This document shows, piece by piece, positions 1 to 8,496 of a stretch of 64,000 nucleotides of DNA. The stretch comes from Escherichia virus TH57, in the sequence record MT446422.1, one strand, 5' to 3'. The position numbers and the translations under genes are program-made. How positions within the stretch are numbered: the first letter of the stretch is position 1; the number at the start of each line of letters is the position of its first letter. The notes under the pieces were generated by a model. That model was not told the origin of the DNA, ran no database searches, and worked only from the letters and a program-made list of their open reading frames with translations.

Positions 1-80
1 ATCTGGAAGAATTTGCTAATCGATTTGATGAGAAAGAAAACGAATTAATAGCTTATGTGAATACGCTTTAAGAAGGTGAT

Positions 81-653
81 ATGGCGAGTTTAATTTATCA
101 TTACGCAGCAATGAATGCAGGCAAAACAGCTTCATTGCTGACTGCAGCTTATTCCTATAAAGAGCGTGGAATGAGTGTGCTTTTGCTAAAGCCTGTTATT
201 GATAATCGGGACTCGGAATCTGAAATTAAATCACGTATTGGTATTAGTCAGGAAGCAAACCTGGTAACGGCCGACATGAACCTGTTTGAATTCTATAAAT
301 GGGCCGAGTCTCAAAAGGATATCCATTGTGTCCTGGTCGATGAAGCTCAATTTTTGTTACCAGAGCAAATTGACCAGTTAGCTCAAGTGGTTGATAATTA
401 CAATATCCCCGTTATGTGTTACGGGCTAAGAACAGATTTTCGGGGTCAGTTATTTCCCGGTTCAGCCAGACTTCTGGCTATTTCGGATAAACTGGTTGAA
501 TTAAAGGGCGTCTGCCATTGCGGCCGGAAAGCAACCATGACCGCTCGAGTAATCGACGGTGCTGCTGTAAAGGACGGCGAGCAAGTATTGGTCGGTGGGA
601 ATGAATCGTACGTATCTTTATGCAGGAAACATTGGCTCGAATTGACAAGCTGA
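81..653 (+). CDS. tk: thymidine kinase
   Basis: 190 aa, P-loop NAGKT, strong match to recalled T4 Tk; followed by rI as in T4. Confidence 0.9.
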   Translation: MASLIYHYAAMNAGKTASLLTAAYSYKERGMSVLLLKPVIDNRDSESEIKSRIGISQEANLVTADMNLFEFYKWAESQKDIHCVLVDEAQFLLPEQIDQLAQVVDNYNIPVMCYGLRTDFRGQLFPGSARLLAISDKLVELKGVCHCGRKATMTARVIDGAAVKDGEQVLVGGNESYVSLCRKHWLELTS

Positions 654-660
654 GGTCCTT

Positions 661-936
661 ATGATATATAAGATTTGGACGTATATCTCTATTTTTGTTA
701 TTGCTGGAATTGCATTTATCCCCACACAAACAGATAGCGAGAGATATGAAAGGGAAATTGAAATAGTAGCAAGCACGTATCATTCTGTTAATAAAGAATG
801 CCCGAATAAAAATGGAATAAATTTACAAAAAGCACATTATATGCTGACTGTTACTAGTCCGGTGCAAAGAATATGGGTTGATAGCCATTTTTCTGATTTA
901 TTTGCAATATATTGTTTCAAGTTTAAAAGATTATAA
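661..936 (+). CDS. hypothetical small membrane protein (rI.1 position)
   Basis: 91-aa ORF with N-terminal hydrophobic segment, 8 nt after tk stop. Confidence 0.5.
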   Translation: MIYKIWTYISIFVIAGIAFIPTQTDSERYEREIEIVASTYHSVNKECPNKNGINLQKAHYMLTVTSPVQRIWVDSHFSDLFAIYCFKFKRL

Positions 937-1010
937 ATACAGTTACTAACTAGTATTCCGCTATGTTAAGGCTGCAAAGCGTAATCATGACCAACAATAA
1001 GGAGTCCTTT

Positions 1011-1304
1011 ATGGACCTTATTCGAGGACTTTCTCTAAGTCTATTACTAATGGGCTGTTTAGGCCCAAATCTGTCCTCTGCTACAGATGGTAAATTTACA
1101 CAGTATGCAGATAGTGCGATGCAAATCTATTCGCAATTCAAAGAACCTAGCGTCGAGCAGTCCGAACAATTTTGGGCTTTTATTAAAACCGAATGGAACA
1201 ATAAGAGTCAATGTGTAAATGAAATCACATGTCAAATTGATGGCCGTGCTGCTGCAGTCGAATACGCTAAATTAATGAAGGTAAAATTGGAAGATGAAAT
1301 TTGA
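1011..1304 (+). CDS. rI: lysis inhibition regulator rI
   Basis: 97 aa from internal ATG with AAGGAG SD; signal-anchor N-terminus; C-terminal half resembles T4 RI. Confidence 0.75.
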   Translation: MDLIRGLSLSLLLMGCLGPNLSSATDGKFTQYADSAMQIYSQFKEPSVEQSEQFWAFIKTEWNNKSQCVNEITCQIDGRAAAVEYAKLMKVKLEDEI

Positions 1305-1677
1305 TGATTTCGTAACGGGTCGTGGGTCTGAGGTGGATTCATATATTGGGTGGTTGTTAGTCTCTTTGGCTTATTTTAAATCCGCCCATCTTGAAACCAA
1401 AAGTTACGCCCGCCATAAAGCTTATGATTTCTACTTCACAGAAATCCAAGGTCCACTCGACCAGTTCAGTGAGCAATGGTTAGGTTACAGCGGGAAACAA
1501 TACAAAGCTGCATTACCGTCCGCCTCGGACTTGCCGAAAGATACAATTTTGTTTTTAGATGAAATGATTAAAAGCTCGGAAAGAGTCTATAAAGTTGTAC
1601 CCAAGGCTATTCAATCGACTCTGGACGATATCGTTGGAGTTTTCTTTCAGACTAAGTATCTGTTAACATTAGAGTAA
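1294..1677 (+). CDS. hypothetical protein (rI.-1 position)
   Basis: 127-aa ORF overlapping rI stop; synteny. Confidence 0.55.
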   Translation: MKFDDFVTGRGSEVDSYIGWLLVSLAYFKSAHLETKSYARHKAYDFYFTEIQGPLDQFSEQWLGYSGKQYKAALPSASDLPKDTILFLDEMIKSSERVYKVVPKAIQSTLDDIVGVFFQTKYLLTLE

Positions 1678-1682
1678 TTCAA

Positions 1683-1712
1683 AAGGTCTGCCTTCGGGTG
1701 GACCTTTTTTCA
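1683..1712 (+). terminator. rho-independent terminator-like hairpin with T-run
   Basis: GC hairpin with TTCG core followed by TTTTTT. Confidence 0.5.
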
Positions 1713-1720
1713 TTTAGGGG

Positions 1721-1778
1721 GTTTACATCCTCATCAAAAGGGTGTACTATTATCCCATCAACTACTGAGGAGAACACA
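1721..1778 (+). promoter_or_regulatory. early promoter cassette, CATCAACTACTGA leader type
   Basis: -35 GTTTAC, 18-bp spacer, -10 TACTAT, conserved leader TATCCCATCAACTACTGAGGAG, then ATG. Confidence 0.55.
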
Positions 1779-1982
1779 ATGAGAATTAAAAATATCAAGA
1801 TTGATGCAGTTAATACTGGTGATGAGGTTGTTATCTATCTTAATGATTATGCAATCTTTATGGACAGTGCCACTGATGAAGAAATGGTTGAACTCTTACA
1901 GAAAGCTCCATTTGAACTGTGTGAAGAAGATGCTACCCATCTTTCATCAGCAATTTTCTCATTATCATATGTGGTGGAATAA
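1779..1982 (+). CDS. hypothetical protein
   Basis: 67-aa ORF from ATG directly after the conserved leader with GAGGAG SD. Confidence 0.5.
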   Translation: MRIKNIKIDAVNTGDEVVIYLNDYAIFMDSATDEEMVELLQKAPFELCEEDATHLSSAIFSLSYVVE

Positions 1983-2218
1983 TGAAACTTACAAATACCA
2001 TGGTTTCATTGGAATATGAAACCAATAATCATATTCTTGAAATTAAGATATTTGATGACGGAAGCATATTTGCTGATTACCGCGGATATAGAATTCGCCT
2101 GGAAAAGGAACAGCTTAAAGATGTTGAGCTTTTTAAAGAAACATTAAAAAGTTGTGGGTGTAAACTGAAAAATACTCAAGTCCAAGAATTAATTTCTACC
2201 ATCAACAAATACTGGTGA
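1982..2218 (+). CDS. hypothetical protein
   Basis: 78-aa ORF, start overlaps preceding stop. Confidence 0.5.
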   Translation: MKLTNTMVSLEYETNNHILEIKIFDDGSIFADYRGYRIRLEKEQLKDVELFKETLKSCGCKLKNTQVQELISTINKYW

Positions 2219-2222
2219 TATT

Positions 2223-2405
2223 ATGTTAACTACTGAACAAATTGAAAAAATTATTAAACTCGCCTGGCATATTGAAAATGCATCTAATGACCTGGCAGTG
2301 GAATTATGTGAAGGCTATTCATATTCTGGAATAGAACAGTGTAAGCGTGATTTGAATAGTTCTAAAGCTAATTTGGTTGAATATCTGAATGGGTTGAAAG
2401 CATAA
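2223..2405 (+). CDS. hypothetical protein
   Basis: 60-aa ORF in operon tiling. Confidence 0.45.
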   Translation: MLTTEQIEKIIKLAWHIENASNDLAVELCEGYSYSGIEQCKRDLNSSKANLVEYLNGLKA

Positions 2406-2662
2406 TGGCTGTTGGATTTGCAAAAGATGGCGCTGAACAGTTAGAGATGGAAGCGGTTGTACAAGCCGCTATCACCCATGCGAGAGCACAGGTTGCAGTT
2501 GAAAGGGAGTCTGCTGAATTCTGTTTTGACTGCGACGAAAAAATTCCTGAAGCGCGGAGACAAGCGATTAAGGGTGTGATATATTGTGTTGGTTGTCAAT
2601 CAATGCATGATGAAATTTTTAAACGTGAGCCACGAAACTGTTGGCACAGGAGCATGAGATGA
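2405..2662 (+). CDS. DksA/TraR-family C4 zinc-finger protein
   Basis: 85 aa; C-F-D-C ... C-V-G-C with intervening IPEARRQA fits the DksA/TraR C4 signature. Confidence 0.6.
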   Translation: MAVGFAKDGAEQLEMEAVVQAAITHARAQVAVERESAEFCFDCDEKIPEARRQAIKGVIYCVGCQSMHDEIFKREPRNCWHRSMR

Positions 2663-2753
2663 TTTACTATCTTGAACCTTGGGCTTGGTTAATAATGGCT
2701 GTAGGGCCTGTTTTAATTGGTTTATTCTTTTCATGGTTAGCGAGGAAACTGTA

Positions 2754-2969
2754 ATGTTATATGACCCTAGTGGTAATTCTGAAAATGGTGTGATTGTTCT
2801 GGAGCCTGAGCATCCAGTTGGTGACGTATACCGCCCGGTTGAAGTGTGCGAATGTAATTTTGTTAAAGGTAATACTGGTGGTATTTCCATTGAGCAAGAT
2901 GATGATGTTATTTACCTGGATGCAAGCCAAGTAGAAGCGCTTTATAGTATTTTAAAACACAACCGGTGA
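2754..2969 (+). CDS. hypothetical protein
   Basis: 71 aa from ATG with GAGGAA SD; track ORF 2679 begins at an upstream TTG. Confidence 0.45.
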   Translation: MLYDPSGNSENGVIVLEPEHPVGDVYRPVEVCECNFVKGNTGGISIEQDDDVIYLDASQVEALYSILKHNR

Positions 2970-3167
2970 TTTATGAAAACTAAAGAAAAGCATTTAAAGC
3001 TTGAAGAGCTTATCGAGGCCTTATGCAGGTACAGTTGCTAGATTCGAAACAGCATTTTGTCACCAATACTCGGTTGATGATTGTACTAGGCTTTCTAAAG
3101 AAGAAGATAATGCCCTTAAAGAATTGCTAAATTTTATTAAACAAAATGTGAAATGAGGAAATAGAAA

Positions 3168-3728
3168 ATGATTATTGAAACGACTGAATTGTTTGGCGAA
3201 CTGACCGCTGAAGTAGTTAATAACGCAATTGAGCTTTGTCAAGAAGACGATAAAATCGTACTGACTATCGCTGATATTAAACCGCTTTATGATTTAATGG
3301 TTTTGGATAGACACGATTATCTTAATGGTCGTGCTAGTGCTCCTATTGATATCAATGATGATATGTATGCCTATATCTATAAAAATGAAGCTGGGTTTAA
3401 TCTGGAAAATGGTATTGAATGTCTGAGCATCAGCGATTCTGATAAATTCTTTGATTGTATTTTCAAACTCTTTCAGGAAGAATGTAAACCAGAAGTTGAA
3501 TGGAAAGTCCCAGGACAAGACGCACTGATTCGTTCTAGCGAAACGTTTGAAGGCGATGAAGAGGAATTAGATTATAACACTGAACTGACTGTGCATCAAC
3601 ATAACGGCCGTGACTTGTTGTCCATTGTCCAAAGACATGACGGCGAAAGTGAAGTAGTATTTACTAAGGACGAGCTAAAAGTTTTAGTCTCTTATCTGAA
3701 CTCTGTTATCCCAACTATGAACGCTTAA
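3168..3728 (+). CDS. hypothetical acidic protein
   Basis: 186-aa ORF with GAGGAAA SD, D/E-rich. Confidence 0.55.
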   Translation: MIIETTELFGELTAEVVNNAIELCQEDDKIVLTIADIKPLYDLMVLDRHDYLNGRASAPIDINDDMYAYIYKNEAGFNLENGIECLSISDSDKFFDCIFKLFQEECKPEVEWKVPGQDALIRSSETFEGDEEELDYNTELTVHQHNGRDLLSIVQRHDGESEVVFTKDELKVLVSYLNSVIPTMNA

Positions 3729-3738
3729 GGAAAATATT

Positions 3739-4191
3739 ATGATTATCAATACAAACTCATGGCACGCTCGTTTCCACGACCGTTTTTATGACCGCCATTC
3801 TCGACCACACTCTTTGTGTGCTTACTTTTGGAAAATTGTATGGGCCTGCTTTATTTGTTCTGTGCTTGCAGGTAGTACAATCTTCGCCTTATCTGCTGCA
3901 GGTGCTGGTATATTGGAGCAGTTCTTTGTATTAAGTATTCCTGTTGGTTTAGGGTTAGGGTTTATTTTAGGACTAGCTACAGTAGCTCTTATTCTGGCTG
4001 TAGCATTTGGTTTAATGTACGGTCTAATGAATTTATGGTCCTGGTACGATTTACATAAAGAAGAAAAAGAATGGAAACGTATTCAAGCTGAGCGTGAAGG
4101 CCGAGAAACTAAAGAAAACGTTTTCATTCAATATATCAAAGCTCGTAAATCTAAGATGTGTCCGGTAATCCATTTTGAGGCGAAGAAATGA
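3739..4191 (+). CDS. hypothetical membrane protein
   Basis: 150 aa, two long hydrophobic segments, basic C-terminus. Confidence 0.55.
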   Translation: MIINTNSWHARFHDRFYDRHSRPHSLCAYFWKIVWACFICSVLAGSTIFALSAAGAGILEQFFVLSIPVGLGLGFILGLATVALILAVAFGLMYGLMNLWSWYDLHKEEKEWKRIQAEREGRETKENVFIQYIKARKSKMCPVIHFEAKK

Positions 4192-5198
4192 GAACAGTTA
4201 TGAAAGGCTACTTCGGTAGCCATCTTTATGGAACAAGTACTCCTGAATCTGATGTCGATTTTAAGGAAATCTTTGTTCCACACCCACGTGATATTCTGTT
4301 AGGTACGGCTATGAACCATACCAACTTGAACACGAATAATACGGCATCCAAAAACACTAAAGACGATGTTGACCACGAGCTTTATAGTCTGAAATATTTC
4401 TTTAAACTGGCGGCTGAAGGCGAAACTGTTGCTCTGGACATGATTCACACTCCGGCTAACCTGGTAGTCAAATCCGATTTACCAGATGTATGGAAATTTA
4501 TCCAAGACAACCGTTCACGGTTCTATACAACTAACATGAAAGCCTATTTGGGGTATGTCCGTAAGCAAGCTTCAAAATATGGTGTTAAAGGTTCTAGACT
4601 GGCTGCTCTGCGTGGTGTACTGGCAATTGTTAACCAGATTCCTGAACAGTGGGTCGATTATCAAGAAGATGGTTCTGTTAAACAGCGTCGAACTAAGGTA
4701 GAAGATATTAAGCACCGACTCCCTGAAAACGAGTTCTGTGAATGGGTATTTCATAACCATGAGAAAACAGGTCCTCAAACGTTCTATACTGTCCTCGGTC
4801 GTAAATACCAAACCACTTTGTCGTTAATCGAGCTTAAGCAATCTCTGAATAAGCTTGATTCTGAATATGGTGAACGTGCTCGCAAGGCCGAAGCCAATGA
4901 AGGTATTGACTGGAAAGCTCTGAGCCACGCTTATCGTGCTGGATATCAGTTGAAGGAAATTTATATGACCGGTGACCTTCAATATCCTTTACGAACAGCC
5001 CCATTTATCCTTGAAATCAAACAAGGCCTACACGCTTTTAAAGATGTACAAGCTGAACTTGAAGCAATCGTCGATGAAGTCGAAACCAATGCCATCTGGG
5101 CGGCCAAGAACGGCATGCCAGACAAGGTAGACATGAAGTTCTGGGACAAGTTTGTTGAAGAGGTATATCTTGACAACCACAATTCCTATTATTGTTAA
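4188..5198 (+). CDS. putative nucleotidyltransferase-fold protein
   Basis: 336 aa; N-terminal GSHLYG...SDVDF resembles the minimal NTase motif; ATGA overlap with upstream ORF. Confidence 0.45.
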   Translation: MRTVMKGYFGSHLYGTSTPESDVDFKEIFVPHPRDILLGTAMNHTNLNTNNTASKNTKDDVDHELYSLKYFFKLAAEGETVALDMIHTPANLVVKSDLPDVWKFIQDNRSRFYTTNMKAYLGYVRKQASKYGVKGSRLAALRGVLAIVNQIPEQWVDYQEDGSVKQRRTKVEDIKHRLPENEFCEWVFHNHEKTGPQTFYTVLGRKYQTTLSLIELKQSLNKLDSEYGERARKAEANEGIDWKALSHAYRAGYQLKEIYMTGDLQYPLRTAPFILEIKQGLHAFKDVQAELEAIVDEVETNAIWAAKNGMPDKVDMKFWDKFVEEVYLDNHNSYYC

Positions 5199-5203
5199 AT
5201 TCT

Positions 5204-5229
5204 AAGGACCCTTCGGGGTCCTTTTTTTA
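5204..5229 (+). terminator. rho-independent terminator
   Basis: GGACCC-TTCG-GGGTCC hairpin followed by TTTTTTT. Confidence 0.75.
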
Positions 5230-5242
5230 TTTTAAAAAGTAG

Positions 5243-5311
5243 TGTACGACCAGATGGTTATGAGGCATAATGATTCCATACTGAGTTACCAAATAAAAAC
5301 TGGAGAATAAA
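5243..5311 (+). promoter_or_regulatory. early promoter cassette, CCATACTGAGTTACC leader type
   Basis: AAAAAGTAGTGTAC -35 region, 17-bp spacer, CATAAT, conserved leader GATTCCATACTGAGTTACCAAA..CTGGAGAATAAA ATG. Confidence 0.6.
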
Positions 5312-5518
5312 ATGTTAGAATTAATCAAAGCTGCTGGTGAAAAAGGTCTGATGGTTAACACTCGTGACCCTGAACAACGTCAAGCATTTGGTGAGTTAAA
5401 AGCCAAAGGTCTGGTTAAAGCATCCCTTGGTATTGGCAATGCTTTGCGTGTGACTTTGACCCCTGCAGGTAAAGCAATGTTCTTCCCTAAACCATTACCA
5501 AAACGTCGTCGCAAGTGA
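5312..5518 (+). CDS. hypothetical small basic protein
   Basis: 68 aa, C-terminal KRRRK, directly after promoter cassette. Confidence 0.5.
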   Translation: MLELIKAAGEKGLMVNTRDPEQRQAFGELKAKGLVKASLGIGNALRVTLTPAGKAMFFPKPLPKRRRK

Positions 5519-5524
5519 GGAATT

Positions 5525-5827
5525 ATGAAAAAGTATGAAATTGACATGATTGATGCATGTCTTAAATCTGCTGACCATTTTAAGTTGAAAATGCACAAGT
5601 TAAGAGGAATGGTCAAAACTCCAGAAGAGAAGAAACGTTATGCTCTGAAGGAGAAATGTAAAGCTCTTATCATGATGGATAAGTTGCAAATAGTCGCCGC
5701 AGAAGCTCACAGGACACGTAAAGCTGAGGCCCTTAGTGTTTATATGGCAGAACAGCTACAGCGCGCACAGCAAGCCGTTAAGAGCGCGTGGTTCAGTGGT
5801 GAAAATACTGAAAGAACTTTTAATTAA
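5525..5827 (+). CDS. hypothetical protein
   Basis: 100-aa ORF with GAGG SD. Confidence 0.5.
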   Translation: MKKYEIDMIDACLKSADHFKLKMHKLRGMVKTPEEKKRYALKEKCKALIMMDKLQIVAAEAHRTRKAEALSVYMAEQLQRAQQAVKSAWFSGENTERTFN

Positions 5828-5829
5828 AT

Positions 5830-5896
5830 GTGTACATAGTATGGGGATAGCCGTATAATGTTCCCATACTGAGTTACCAAATAACTGGAGAATAAA
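5830..5896 (+). promoter_or_regulatory. early promoter cassette, CCATACTGAGTTACC leader type
   Basis: GTGTAC, 18 bp, TATAAT, then TTCCCATACTGAGTTACCAAATAACTGGAGAATAAA ATG. Confidence 0.6.
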
Positions 5897-6421
5897 ATGG
5901 AAGCCAAATCAATCTTTAATCTGATTAATTACAATAATGGTAATTTTAAATCAGAAGCACAAAGTAAGTTCTTTAATGATGTTGCTTGTGTGGGTGAGAT
6001 TACAGTATCAGGTGGTCAGACTTATAAAAACGCCTGGAACTGGATTGTGACTGTTGATTCAGTTGGTATTGTTGATGTATATAAAAACACCAATAAAAAT
6101 CGCTCCTTGTTCTGGTCAAGAGAGACTAATGCTGAGTATCAGGCAACAAGAGCAAAGAAAAATATGCCTACTGAATCTGATGTACAGAACATCAAATCAG
6201 ATATCCAATATTATGATGGTCTGATTGCTGAACAACAAGCGGTGCTTGATAAGTTCAATGAAATCAAAGCATGTAAAGAGATTCCTGAATTCATGCGGGA
6301 ATCGGTTAATGAACAATACAATCTCACTTCAGAGCGTATTGAAACCTATACCAAACAAAGAGCAGAGCGCCAGGTACTCCTTCAGAAGTTTGAAGAGCGT
6401 TTAAAGACGGTTCACGCATAA
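5897..6421 (+). CDS. hypothetical protein
   Basis: 174-aa ORF after promoter cassette. Confidence 0.55.
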   Translation: MEAKSIFNLINYNNGNFKSEAQSKFFNDVACVGEITVSGGQTYKNAWNWIVTVDSVGIVDVYKNTNKNRSLFWSRETNAEYQATRAKKNMPTESDVQNIKSDIQYYDGLIAEQQAVLDKFNEIKACKEIPEFMRESVNEQYNLTSERIETYTKQRAERQVLLQKFEERLKTVHA

Positions 6422-6423
6422 AC

Positions 6424-6447
6424 GCTTTATACCAAGGATGGTATAAT
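6424..6447 (+). promoter_or_regulatory. putative middle-type promoter
   Basis: GCTTTAT MotA-box-like element about 12 bp upstream of TGGTATAAT. Confidence 0.4.
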
Positions 6448-6484
6448 GGTTCTGACCTTTGATTAATCTATTGAGGAAATTATT

Positions 6485-7333
6485 ATGTCACAAGCAATTA
6501 ATGAAATTCGTTCTGAAGTTAAAAAAGTTGTTAAATTCGGGCGTATTCCAAGCACTAAAGATGTGGTTTTAAATGTTCTATATATGATGTGGAATAAGTT
6601 CAATGTTTGTACTAATTCCGCTGAATTCACTAAAATCTTTGAAAAGACCAACGGTCTTCTTACATTAGAAGACCGAGTCATGAAATCTCTTCATCGTTCA
6701 GGTATGTTGTCTCGTGCTAATGCCAAAATTATTCTTAAAAAATATAACAAAGGTTACGACCTTTATGGTCGTGCGATTAGCACCATGACGTTTGATGAAG
6801 TGGTTAAAGACCTTTGGAAAAACCAGCGCCGTTTATTGGCATTAGGTGCTCGTTTAGCAAGCGGTCAAGATAAACAAATGACCTTTAAAACCAATAATTC
6901 TTTAGATTATAAACTATTTAATGTTATTAAAGGTCAAAATGAAGGCGAATACAGTATTTCTTCTTTTAGTGGATGTCAATACGAAAACTGGAAATTCCAC
7001 CTCCGTTTGGCTTTGTCTGAACTCGAATGTCACGGGGTTCTTACCTTTTATGATGTTAAAACTGGAGGCGTCCAGCGTATTAAATTATGTCAAATTAAAG
7101 ACCGAGTTGAAGTCGAGAGCCCCATTGAACAAGCTCCTAAAATGGAACCTGTTCCAGTGCGAAGCAATGAAAAATATTCAGAGCAAATTGAGCTTTTCAC
7201 TAAACAGATTGAAGAGCTCAACATCACCATCCAGCAGCAAGATGATGAAATTTTCCGTCTGTCGGGACTGAACAATGCAGCGAAAGCCGAACGTCAAAAA
7301 CTGATGAACGTTATTGAATTGCTTAAGGATTAA
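6485..7333 (+). CDS. hypothetical protein with C-terminal coiled-coil
   Basis: 282 aa; C-terminal ~45 aa heptad-like (QIEELNITIQQQDDEIFRL...). Confidence 0.55.
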   Translation: MSQAINEIRSEVKKVVKFGRIPSTKDVVLNVLYMMWNKFNVCTNSAEFTKIFEKTNGLLTLEDRVMKSLHRSGMLSRANAKIILKKYNKGYDLYGRAISTMTFDEVVKDLWKNQRRLLALGARLASGQDKQMTFKTNNSLDYKLFNVIKGQNEGEYSISSFSGCQYENWKFHLRLALSELECHGVLTFYDVKTGGVQRIKLCQIKDRVEVESPIEQAPKMEPVPVRSNEKYSEQIELFTKQIEELNITIQQQDDEIFRLSGLNNAAKAERQKLMNVIELLKD

Positions 7334-7334
7334 T

Positions 7335-7550
7335 ATGACCATTTTGATTATCAGTATTATTTTTGGTTATCTTTTGACGGGATTTATTACTACCCTGTTG
7401 CTCCACAAGTTTGATAGTCCCTACGAAAGTGGGGACGAGTATGATGCGGTGTTCACAACATTTTGCTGGCCTATATTCTGGGTAGTCGCTGTTATAATGT
7501 GTGTGACCTGGCCTTTTGCTAAACTCTATGAAAAATTACTTGGAATATGA
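7335..7550 (+). CDS. hypothetical small membrane protein (CWP-motif family)
   Basis: 71 aa from ATG right after upstream stop; two TM segments; CWPIFWVV motif shared with 10288..10455. Confidence 0.5.
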   Translation: MTILIISIIFGYLLTGFITTLLLHKFDSPYESGDEYDAVFTTFCWPIFWVVAVIMCVTWPFAKLYEKLLGI

Positions 7551-7551
7551 T

Positions 7552-8439
7552 ATGAACATTAAAACACGTAAAGAATATTCTCGATTTGAACAGCGTGAAG
7601 GTCGTGCGACTCGTCTTATCGCGATGAATTCTCTGGTTAACTTTGGCAAAATTAAATCAGGTTCTGCCACCCAGGGGTATGGACAACGTATTGTAAGAAT
7701 TAACTCTCTGAATGATTACTGCCGCCGCCCGGCGTTTTTGTTTGGTGCCACAGTTCGTAAGAGCATCAAGGAAATCCTGGCTGCTGGGCTTCGTATTCGT
7801 AAAGCTCCGGTTAACATCAAGAACTATAATTTCAATTCTAGTAACTTGATTATCAATATCAAGAATGATGGTGTGCAGATTAAGTTCAAGCCAACTACTA
7901 AAGGCGATGTTGCCCTTTGTGATACCTTTAAAGAGGTTATGGGTATTGCTCTGTTTTATATGCGTCATGCTGTTGAAGCATACACGTTTGAAGAAGATAC
8001 AAATTATATCCATCAAACAGAAAAATTCCTTAAAACTATAACCATTGATATTAAATTAACTAAAGAATATCTTTTGTCTTATGCTCCTTATCAAGAGAAA
8101 AATGAACCAGAAGAGAAAAAGGAATCAGAAATGGAACGTATCCCTACTGCATCATATGGCCCAGCATTTGCAGGTCAGTATAAAACACAACCTATTTCAC
8201 CACCGGACGTTAAAAATATGTACAAATGGAACGTCCAGCCATCCAGCTCTCTTGGAATCTTTAACCCATCAATGAAACCTATTGAGAGCCATCATGCTGA
8301 TGCTATCCAGGAATCAGTCAACCGCTTAAACGGTCTGATTGAAGATGAGAAAAAGGGTATTCAGGACGTCCTGAATCGCATCAAGAACATGGAAAAACAA
8401 CGCAATAAATTGCAAGCTGCAATCAAAGCATTAAAATAA
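7552..8439 (+). CDS. hypothetical protein with C-terminal coiled-coil
   Basis: 296 aa from in-frame ATG just after upstream stop; C-terminal heptad-like tail. Confidence 0.5.
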   Translation: MNIKTRKEYSRFEQREGRATRLIAMNSLVNFGKIKSGSATQGYGQRIVRINSLNDYCRRPAFLFGATVRKSIKEILAAGLRIRKAPVNIKNYNFNSSNLIINIKNDGVQIKFKPTTKGDVALCDTFKEVMGIALFYMRHAVEAYTFEEDTNYIHQTEKFLKTITIDIKLTKEYLLSYAPYQEKNEPEEKKESEMERIPTASYGPAFAGQYKTQPISPPDVKNMYKWNVQPSSSLGIFNPSMKPIESHHADAIQESVNRLNGLIEDEKKGIQDVLNRIKNMEKQRNKLQAAIKALK

Positions 8440-8440
8440 T

Positions 8441-8470
8441 GTTTACTTCCAAGGATGGAGGGAGTATAAT
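8441..8470 (+). promoter_or_regulatory. early sigma70-type promoter
   Basis: GTTTAC, 18 bp, TATAAT. Confidence 0.5.
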
Positions 8471-8496
8471 GAATTCCTACTTTTGAGGAGAACACT

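Noticed and set aside
3060-3242. 60-aa minus-strand ORF in the 2970-3167 gap
   Set aside because: Overlaps the start of the + strand gene at 3168, has no RBS, and its orientation conflicts with the operon; the gap is recorded as a finding instead.
4188-5198. Considered a homing endonuclease (mobD-like) because of its position near nrdC
   Set aside because: No GIY-YIG or H-N-H motifs seen; the N-terminus looks like a nucleotidyltransferase loop instead.
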